Of a stretch of 64,000 bases of DNA, positions 54,601 through 64,000 are shown piece after piece. Source of the DNA: the human T2T-CHM13v2.0 reference genome, Homo sapiens. Location: NCBI RefSeq assembly GCF_009914755.1, contig NC_060925.1; one strand, written 5' to 3'. Below the pieces are notes generated by a model. The model made no database searches. It was not told the origin of the DNA and saw only the letters and a program-made list of their open reading frames with translations. Position 1 is the first letter of the stretch. Each line of letters starts with the position of its first letter. The position numbers were made by a program, and so were the translations under genes.

Positions 54601-55076
54601 CACAAAGCGGCTGAAATCTCCACTTGCAAATTCCACAAAAAGAGTGTTTCAAGTCTGCTCTGTGTAAAGGATCGTTCAACTCTGTGAGTTGAATACACAC
54701 AACACAAGGAAGTTACTGAGAATTCTTCTGTCTAGCATAATATGAAGAAATCCCGTTTCCAACGAAGGCCACAAGATGTCAGAATATCCACTTACAGACT
54801 TTACAAACAGAGTGTTTCCTAACTGCTCTATGAACAGAAAGGTTAAACTCTGTGAGTTGAACGAACACATCACAACGCAGTTTGTGGGAATGATTCTGTC
54901 TAGTTTTGAAACGAAGATATTTCCTTTTCTGCCGTTGACCTTAAAGAGCTTGAAAACTACACTTGCAAATTGCACAAATAGAGTGTTTCAAATCTGCTCT
55001 GTCTAAGGGAACGTTCAACTCTGTGAGTTGAATGCACACAACACAAGGAAGTTACTGGGAATTCTTCTGTCTAGCC
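51678..55076 (-). repeat. HOR units 22-23: A(B/E)EGH and ABFGH 10-mers
   Basis: Spacings 1700 and 1699 bp. Confidence 0.88.
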
Positions 55077-58000
55077 TTACATGAAAAAAACCCGTTTCCA
55101 GCGAAGGCCTCTAAGTGGTCAAAATTTCCACGTGCAGACTTTACAAACAGAGTGTTTCCAAACCGCTGAATGAAAAGAAAAGTTAAACTCTGAGAGTTGA
55201 AAGCACACATCACGCAGCAGTTTCTGAGAATGATTCTGTCTAGTTTTTATACGAAGATATTTCCTTTTCTGCCTTTGGCCCCAAAGCGCTTGAAATCTCC
55301 ACTTGCAAATTCCACAAAAACAGTGTTTCAAATCTGCTCTCTCTAAATGAAAGTTCAACTCTGTCAGTTGAATACACACAACACAAGGAAGTTACTGAGA
55401 ATTCTTCTGTCTAGCATAATATGAAGAAATCCCGTTTCCAACGAAGGCCTCAAAGGGGTCTGAATATCCACTTGCAGACTTTATAAACAGAGTGTTTACT
55501 AACTGCTCTATGAAAAGAAAGGTTAAACTCTGTGAGTTGAACACACACATCACAAAGGAGTTTCTGAGAATCATTCTGTCTAGTTTTTCTACGAAGATAT
55601 TTCCTTTTCTACTATTGACCTCAAAGCGGCTGAAATCTCCACTTGCAAATTCCACAAAAAGAGTGTTTCAAGTCTGCTCTGTGTAAAGGATCGTTCAACT
55701 CTGTGAGTTGAATACACACAACACAAGGAAGTTACTGAGAATTCTTCTGTCTAGCAGAATAGGAAGAAATCCCGTTTCCAACGAAGGCCTCAAAGAGGTC
55801 TGAATATCCACTTGCAGACTTTACAAACAGTGTTTCCTAACTGCTCTATGAAAAGAAAAGTTAAACTCTGTGGGTTGAACGCACACATCACAAAGGAGTT
55901 TCTGAGAATCGTTCTGTCTAGTTTCTATAGGAAGATATTTCCTATTCTACCATTGACCTCAAAGCGGCTGAAATCTCCACTTGCAAATTCCACAAAAAGA
56001 ATGTTTCAAGTCTGCTCTGTGTAAAGGATCGTTCAACTCTGTGAGTTGAATACACACAACACAAGGAAGTTACTGAGAATTATTCTGTCTAGCATAATAT
56101 GAAGAAATCCCGTTTCCAACGAAGGCCTCAAAGAGGTCTGAATATCCACTTGCAGACTTTACAAACAGAGTGTTTCCTAACTGCTCTATGAAAAGAAAAG
56201 TTAAACTCTGTGAGTTGAACGCACACATCACAAAGGAGTTTCTGAGAATCATTCTGTCTAGTCTTTATACGAAGATATTTCCTTTTCTACCATTGACCTC
56301 AAAGCGGCTGAAATCTCCACTTGCAAATTCCACAAAAAGAGTGTTTCAAGTCTGCTCTGTGTAAAGGATCGTTCAACTCTGTGAGTAGAATACACACAAC
56401 ACAGGGAAGTTACTGTGAATTCTTCTGTCTCGCAGAATATGAAGAAATCCCGTTTCCAACGAAGGCCTCAAGGAGGTCTGAATATCCACTTGCAGACTTT
56501 ACAAACAGAGTGTTTCCTAACTGCTCTATGAACAGAAAGGTTAAACTCTGTGAGTTGAACGCACACATCACAAAGGAGTTTCTGAGAATCATTCTGTCTA
56601 GTCTTTATACGAAGATATTTACTTTTCTACCATTGACTTCAAAGCGGCTGAAATCTCCACTTGCAAATTCCACAAAAAGAGTGTTTCAAGTCTGCTCTGT
56701 GTAAAGGATCATTCAACTCTGTGAGTTGAATAAACACAACACAAGGAAGTTACTGAGAATTCTTCTGTCTAGCAGAATATGAAGAAATCCCGTTTCCAAC
56801 GAAGGCCACAAGATGTCAGAATATCCACTTGCAGACTTTACAAACAGAGTGTTTCCTAACTGCTCTATGAACAGAAAGGTTAAACTCTGTGAGTTGAACG
56901 AACACATCACAACGCAGTTTGTGGGAATGATTCTGTCTAGTTTTGAAACGAAGATATTTCCTTTTCTGCCATTGACCTTAAAGCGCTTGAAATCTACACT
57001 TGCAAATTGCACAAATAGAGTGTTTCAAATCTGCTCTGTCTAAGGGAACGTTCAACTCTGTGAGTTGAATGCACACAACACAAGGAAGTTACTGGGAATT
57101 CTTCTGTCTAGCCTTACATGAAAAAAACCCGTTTCCAACGAAGGCCTCTAAGTGGTCAAAATATCCACGTGCAGAATTTACAAACAGAGTGTTTCCAAAC
57201 CGCTGAATGAAAAGAAAAGTTAAACTCTGAGAGTTCAACGCACACATCACGCAGCAGTTTCTGAGAATGATTCTGTCTAGTTTTTATACGAAGATATTTC
57301 CTTTTCTGCCTTTGGCCCCAAAGCGCTTGAAATCTCCACTTGCAAATTCCACAAAAACAGTGTTTCAAATCTGCTCTCTCTAAATGAAAGTTCAACTCTG
57401 TCAGTTGAATACACACAACACAAGGAAGTTAATGAGAATTCTTCTGTCTAGCATAATATGAAGAAATCCCGTTTCCAACGAAGGCCTCAAAGGGGTCTGA
57501 ATATCCACTTGCAGACTTTATAAACAGAGTGTTTACTAACTGCTCTATGAAAAGAAAGGTTAAACTCTGTGAGTTGAACACACACATCACAAAGGAGTTT
57601 CTGAGAATCATTCTGTCTAGTTTTTCTACGAAGATATTTCCTTTTCTACTATTGACCTCAAAGCGGCTGAAATCTCCACTTGCAAATTCCACAAAAAGAG
57701 TGTTTCAAGTCTGCTCTGTGTAAAGGATCGTTCAACTCTGTGAGTTGAATACACACAACACAAGGAAGTTACTGAGAATTCTTCTGTCTAGCAGAATAGG
57801 AAGAAATCCCGTTTCCAACGAAGGCCTCAAAGAGGTCTGAATATCCACTTGCAGACTTTACAAACAGAGTGTTTCCTAACTGCTCTATGAAAAGAAAGGT
57901 TAAACTCTGTGAGTTGAACGCACACATCACAAAGGAGTTTCTGAGAATCGTTCTGTCTAGTTTCTATAGGAAGATATTTCCTATTCTACCATTGACCTCA

Positions 58001-61000
58001 AAGCGGCTGAAATCTCCACTTGCAAATTCCACAAAAAGAATGTTTCAAGTCTGCTCTGTGTAAAGGATCGTTCAACTCTGTGAGTTGAATACACACAACA
58101 CAAGGAAGTTACTGAGAATTCTTCTGTCTAGCATAATATGAAGAAATCCCGTTTCCAACGAAGGCCTCAAAGAGGTCTGAATATCCACTTGCAGACTTTA
58201 CAAACAGAGTGTTTCCTAACTGCTCTATGAAAAGAAAAGTTAAACTCTGTGAGTTGAACGCACACATCACAAAGGAGTTTCTGAGAATCATTCTGTCTAG
58301 TCTTTATACGAAGATATTTCCTTTTCTACCATTGACCTCAACGCGGCTGAAATCTCCACTTGCAAATTCCACAAAAAGAGTGTTTCAAGTCTGCTCTGTG
58401 TAAAGGATCGTACAACTCTGTGAGTTGAATACACACAACACAAGGAAGTTACTGAGAATTCTTCTGTCTAGCAGAATATGAAGAAATCCCGTTTCCAACG
58501 AAGGCCTGAAGGAGGTCTGAATATCCACTTGCAGACTGTATAAACAGAGTGTTTCCTAACTGCTCTATGAACAGAAAGGTTAAACTCTGTGAGTTGAACG
58601 AACACATCACAACGCAGTTTGTGGGAATGATTCTGTCTAGTTTTGAAACGAAGAAATTTCCTTTTCTGCCATTGACCTTAAAGCGCTTGAAATCTACACT
58701 TGCAAATTGCACAAATAGAGTGTTTCAAATCTGCTCTGTCTAAGGGAACGTTCAACTCTGTGAGTTGAATGCACACAACACAAGGAAGTTACTGGGAATT
58801 CTTCTGTCTAGCCTTACATGAAGAAAACCCGTTTCCAACGAAGGCCTCTAAGAGGTCAAAATATCCACGTGCAGACTTTACAAAGAGAGTGTTTCCAAAC
58901 CGCTGAATGAAAAGAAAAGTTAAACTCTGAGAGTTGAACGCAGACATCACGCAGCAGTTTCTGAGAATGATTCTGTCTAGTTTTTATACGAAGATATTTC
59001 CTTTTCTGCCTTTGGCCCCAAAGCGCTTGAAATCTCCACTTGCAAATTCCACAAAAATAGTGTTTCAAATCTGCTCTCTCTAAATGAAAGTTCAACTCTG
59101 TCAGTTGAATACACACAACACAAGGAAGTTACTGAGAATTCTTCTGTCTAGCATAATATGAAGAAATCCCGTTTCCAACGAAGGCCTCAAAGGGGTCTGA
59201 ATATCCACTTGCAGACTTTATAAACAGAGTGTTTACTAACTGCTCTATGAAAAGAAAGGTTAAACTCTGTGAGTTGAACACACACATCACAAAGGAGTTT
59301 CTGAGAATCATTCTGTCTAGTTTTTCTACGAAGATATTTCCTTTTCTACTATTGACCTCAAAGCGGCTGAAATCTCCACTTGCAAATTCCACAAAAAGAG
59401 TTTTTCAAGTCTGCTCTGTGTAAAGGATCGTTCAACTCTGTGAGTTGAATACACACAACACAAGGAAGTTACTGAGAATTCTTCTGTCTAGCAGAATATG
59501 AAGAAATCCCGTTTCCAACGAAGGCCTCAAGGAGGTCTGAATATCCACTTGCAGACTTTACAAACAGAGTGTTTCCTAACTGCTCTATGAACAGAAAGGT
59601 TAAACTCTGTGAGTTGAACGCACACATCACAAAGGAGTTTCTGAGAATCATTCTGTCTAGTCTTTATACGAAGATATTTACTTTTCTACCATTGACCTCA
59701 AAGCGGCTGAAATCTCCACTTGCAAATTCCACAAAAAGAGTTTTTCAAGTCTGCTCTGTGTAAAGGATCCTTCAACTCTGTGAGTTGAATACACACAACA
59801 CAAGGAAGTTACTGAGAATTCTTCTGTCTAGCAGAATATGAAGAAATCCCGTTTCCAACGAAGGCCTCAAGGAGGTCTGAATATCCACTTGCAGACTTTA
59901 CAAACAGAGTGTTTCCTAACTGCTCTATGAAAAGAAAGGTTAAACTCTGTGAGTTGGACGCACACATCACAAAGGAGTTTATGAGAATCATTCTGTCTAG
60001 TTTCTATAAGAAGATATTTCCTATTCTACCATTGACCTCAAAGCGGCTGAAATCTCCACTTGCAAATTCGACAAAAAGAGTGTTTCAAGCCTGCTCTCTG
60101 TAAAGGATCCTTCAACTCTGTGAGTTGAATACACACAACACAAGGAAGTTACTGAGAATTCTTCTGTCTAGCAGAATATGAAGAAATCCCGTTTCCAACG
60201 AAGGCCTCAAAGAGGTCTGCATATCCACTTGCAGACTTTACAAACAGAGTGTTTCCTAACTGCTCTATGAGAAGAAAAGTTAAACTCTGTGAGTTGAACG
60301 CAAACATCAAAAAAGATTTTCTGAGAATCATTCTGTCTAGTCTTTATATGAAGATAGTTTCCTTTTCTACCATTGACCTCAAAGCGGCTGAAATCTCCAC
60401 TTGCAAATTCCACAAAAAGAGTGTTTCAAGTCTGCTCTGTGTAAAGGATCGTTCAACTCTGTGAGTTGAATACACACAACACAAGGAAGTTACTGAGAAT
60501 TCTTCTGTCTAGCAGAATATGAAGAAATCCCGTTTCCAACGAAGGCCACAAGATGTCAGAATATCCACTTACAGACTTTACAAACAGAGTGTTTCCTAAC
60601 TGCTCTATGAACAGAAAGGTTAAACTCTGTGAGTTGAACGAACACATCACAACGCAGTTTGTGGGAATGATTCTGTCTAGTTTTGAAACGAAGATATTTC
60701 CTTTTCTGCCGTTGACCTTAAAGAGCTTGAAAACTACACTTGCAAATTGCACAAATAGAGTGTTTCAAATCTGCTCTGTCTAAGGGAACGTTCAACTCTG
60801 TGAGTTGAATGCACACAACACAAGGAAGTTACTGGGAATTCTTCTGTCTAGCCTTACATGAAAAAAACCCGTTTCCAACGAAGGCCTCTAAGTGGTCAAA
60901 ATTTCCACGTGCAGACTTTACAAACAGAGTGTTTCCAAACCGCTGAATGAAAAGAAAAGTTAAACTCTGAGAGTTGAAAGCACACATCACGCAGCAGTTT

Positions 61001-62892
61001 CTGAGAATGATTCTGTCTAGTTTTTATACGAAGATATTTCCTTTTCTGCCTTTGGCCCCAAAGCGCTTGAAATCTCCACTTGCAAATTCCACAAAAACAG
61101 TGTTTCAAATCTGCTCTCTCTAAATGAAAGTTCAACTCTGTCAGTTGAATACACACAACACAAGGAAGTTACTGAGAATTCTTCTGTCTAGCATAATATG
61201 AAGAAATCCCGTTTCCAACGAAGGCCTCAAAGGGGTCTGAATATCCACTTGCAGACTTTATAAACAGAGTGTTTACTAACTGCTCTATGAAAAGAAAGGT
61301 TAAACTCTGTGAGTTGAACACACACATCACAAAGGAGTTTCTGAGAATCATTCTGTCTAGTTTTTCTACGAAGATATTTCCTTTTCTACTATTGACCTCA
61401 AAGCGGCTGAAATCTCCACTTGCAAATTCCACAAAAAGAGTGTTTCTAGTCTGCTCTGTGTAAAGGATCGTTCAACTCTGTGAGTTGAATACACACAACA
61501 CAAGGAAGTTACTGAGAATTCTTCTGTCTAGCAGAATATGAAGAAATCCCGTTTCCAACGAAGGCCTCAAGGAGGTCTGAATATCCACTTGCAGACTTTA
61601 CAAACAGAGTGTTTCCTAACTGCTCTATGAACAGAAAGGTTAAACTCTGTGAGTTGAACGCACACATCACAAAGGAGTTTCTGAGAATCATTCTGTCTAG
61701 TCTTTATACGAAGATATTTACTTTTCTACCATTGACCTCAAAGCGGCTGAAATCTCCACTTGCAAATTCCACAAAAAGAGTGTTTCAAGTCTGCTCTGTG
61801 TAAAGGATCCTTCAACTCTGTGAGTTGAATACACACAACACAAAGAAGTTACTGAGAATTCTTCTGTCTAGCAGAATATGAAGAAATCCCGTTTCCAACG
61901 AAGGCCTCAAAGACGTCTGAATATCCACTTGCAGACTTTACAAACAGAGTGTTTCCTAACTGCTCTATGAAAAGAAAGGTTAAACTCTGTGAGTTGAACG
62001 CACACATCACAAAGGAGTTTCTGAGAATCATTCTGTCTAGTTTCTATAGGAAGATATTTCCTATTCTACCTTTGACCTCAAAGCGGCTGAAATCTCCACT
62101 TGCAAATTCCACAAAAAGAGTGTTTCAAGTCTGCTCTCTGTAAAGGATCGTTCAACTCTGTGAGTTGAATACACACAACACAAGGAAGTTACTGAGAATT
62201 ATTCTGTCTAGCATAATATGAAGAAATCCCGTTTCCAACGAAGGCCTCAAAGAGGTCAGAATATCCACTTGCAGACTTTACAAACAGAGTGTTTCCTAAC
62301 TGCTCTATGAAAAGAAAACTTAAACTCTGTGAGTTGAACGCACACATCACAAAGGAGTTTATGAGAATCATTCTGTCTAGTTTCTATAAGAAGATATTTC
62401 CTATTCTACCATTGACCTCAAAGCGGCTGAAATCTCCACTTGCAAATTCCACAAAAAGAGTGTTTCAAGTCTGCTCTCTGTAAAGGATCGTTCAACTCTG
62501 TGAGTTGAATACACAAAACAGAAGGAAGTTACTGAGAATTCTTCTGTCTAGCAGAATGTGAAGAAATCCCGTTTCCAACGAAGGCCACAAGATGTCAGAA
62601 TATCCACTTGCAGACTTTACAAACAGAGTGTTTCCTAACTGCTCTATGAACAGAAAGGTTAAACTCTGTGAGTTGAACGAACACATCACAACGCAGTTTG
62701 TGGGAATGATTCTGTCTAGTTTTGAAACGAAGATATTTCCTTTTCTGCCGTTGACCTTAAAGCGCTTGAAATCTACACTTGCAAATTGCACAAATAGAGT
62801 GTTTCAAATCTGCTCTGTCTAAGGGAACGTTCAACTCTGTGAGTTGAATGCACACAACACAAGGAAGTTACTGGGAATTCTTCTGTCTAGCC
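55077..62892 (-). repeat. HOR units 24-27: ABCDEH (12-mer), ABCD(E/H) (10-mer), ABEFGH (12-mer), ABE+two mosaic dimers+H (12-mer)
   Basis: Spacings 2037, 1700, 2040 and 2039 bp. Confidence 0.87.
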
Positions 62893-64000
62893 TTACATGA
62901 AAAAACCCGTTTCCAACGAAGGCCTCTAAGTGGTCAAAATATCCACGTGCAGACTTTACAAACAGAGTGTTTCCAAACCGCTGAATGAAAAGAAAAGTTA
63001 AACTCTGAGAGTTGAACGCACACATCACGCAGCAGTTTCTGAGAATGATTCTGTCTAGTTTTTATACGAAGATATTTCCTTTTCTGCCTTTGGCCCCAAA
63101 GCGCTTGAAATCTCCACTTGCAAATTCCACAAAAACAGTGTTTCAAATCTGCTCTCTCTAAATGAAAGTTCAACTCTGTCAGTTGAATACACACAACACA
63201 AGGAAGTTACTGAGAATTCTTCTGTCTAGCATAATATGAAGAAATCCCGTTTCCAACGAAGGCCTCAAAGGGGTCTGAATATCCACTTGCAGACTTTATA
63301 AACAGAGTGTTTACTAACTGCTCTATGAAAAGAAAGGTTAAACTCTGTGAGTTGAACACACACATCACAAAGGAGTTTCTGAGAATCATTCTGTCTAGTT
63401 TTTCTACGAAGATATTTCCTTTTCTACTATTGACCTCAAAGCGGCTGAAATCTCCACTTGCAAATTCCACAAAAAGAGTGTTTCAAGTCTGCTCTGTGTA
63501 AAGGATCGTTCAACTCTGTGAGTTGAATACACACAACACAAGGAAGTTACTGAGAATTCTTCTGTCTAGCAGAATATGAAGAAATCCCGTTTCCAACGAA
63601 GGCCTCAAGGAGGTCTGAATATCCACTTGCAGACTTTACAAACAGAGTGTTTCCTAACTGCTCTATGAACAGAAAGGTTAAACTCTGTGAGTTGAACGCA
63701 CACATCACAAAGGAGTTTCTGAGAATCATTCTGTCTAGTCTTTATACGAAGATATTTACTTTTCTACCATTGACCTCAAAGCGGCTGAAATCTCCACTTG
63801 CAAATTCCACAAAAAGAGTGTTTCAAGTCTGCTCTGTGTAAAGGATCCTTCAACTCTGTGAGTTGAATACACACAACACAAGGAAGTTACTGAGAATTCT
63901 TCTGTCTAGCAGAATATGAAGAAATCCCGTTTCCAACGAAGGCCTCAAGGAGGTCTGAATATCCACTTGCAGACTTTACAAACAGAGTGTTTCCTAACTG
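62893..64000 (-). repeat. HOR unit 28, partial (A, B, E, then truncated by the window end)
   Basis: Anchor at 62893 followed by 1108 bp of array. Confidence 0.88.

Larger units (their letters stand above)
1..64000 (-). repeat. Centromeric alpha-satellite HOR array, SF1 dimeric (J1/J2), ~376 monomers, one orientation throughout
   Basis: ctgtctag recurs at 331, 500 and 671 (169+171 = 340 bp). Classic alphoid motifs (gtttctgagaat, aactctgtgagttgaa, tccacttgcaga) run across the whole window. The CENP-B box reads on the minus strand once per dimer, and EcoRI gaattc recurs at a 340-bp period. Confidence 0.99.
1..64000 (-). repeat. Probable family: live chr1/5/19 array (D1Z7/D5Z2/D19Z3; S1C1/5/19H1L); chromosome not resolved
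   Basis: A nearly homogeneous dimer run (B-G) is punctuated by one divergent block (H-A), giving even-numbered length variants on a minimal 6-mer. This matches my recollection of S1C1/5/19H1L structure; no database search was run. Confidence 0.7.
42165..64000 (-). repeat. Domain 2: short HORs (10,6,10,10,10,10,10,10,12,10,12,12 monomers, then a partial unit)
   Basis: The anchor occurs at 42165, 43864, 44884, 46583, 48281, 49980, 51678, 53378, 55077, 57114, 58814, 60854 and 62893. Confidence 0.95.

Noticed and set aside
56321-56704. Longest ORF (127 aa)
   Set aside because: It arises from chance stop-codon loss in the SNV cluster at 56404-56431 and the gagtagaa variant, starts at a non-ATG codon, and is pure satellite sequence.
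43-63841. Hundreds of 60-105 aa ORFs on both strands
   Set aside because: They recur with the 340-bp satellite period and overlap on opposite strands. Many begin at non-ATG codons (the MFPNC frames start at gtg). They are opened and closed by random SNVs and indels and have no recognisable domain. These are alpha-satellite translation artefacts.
1-64000. CRISPR-like or other repeat-spacer system
   Set aside because: There are no unique spacers, because the sequence between conserved motifs is itself repeated. There are no cas or other genes.
1-64000. L1/Alu insertion, inversion or non-alphoid interruption
   Set aside because: All anchor spacings are multiples of ~340 bp within 10 bp, and boxes keep one orientation. 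I saw no foreign sequence, long poly-A tail or target-site duplication.
1-64000. A novel biological system, or a code in the HOR length series
   Set aside because: The series is explained by known unequal exchange, duplication and conversion in alpha-satellite arrays. Nothing in the sequence supports an additional function.

Overview
The whole 64 kb window is one uninterrupted, single-orientation array of centromeric alpha-satellite DNA of the human/great-ape type. It holds about 376 monomers arranged as 340-bp (169+171) dimers. Every second monomer carries a CENP-B box, the other carries an A-type (pJalpha-like) site, and most dimers have an EcoRI site. This is suprachromosomal family 1 (SF1, J1/J2 dimeric), most probably the active chromosome 1/5/19 array (D1Z7/D5Z2/D19Z3, S1C1/5/19H1L); the family call is from recall, not a search. 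I found no genes, transposons, CRISPR arrays or inversions, and every ORF in the track is a satellite translation artefact. Eight dimer subtypes (my labels A-H) build 27 complete higher-order repeat (HOR) units plus one partial unit. From 1 to 42.2 kb the units are 16-mers (ABCDEFGH, ~2720 bp) with 14- and 24-mer variants. After 42.2 kb they switch abruptly to 10-, 12- and 6-mers. Shared private variants reveal duplications at offsets of about 17.3, 11.9, 11.2 and 7.1 kb, hybrid dimers, two broken CENP-B boxes and a hairpin-perfecting mutation. I do not see a previously undescribed biological system; the interest lies in the array's evolutionary structure. All variant calls were read by eye.
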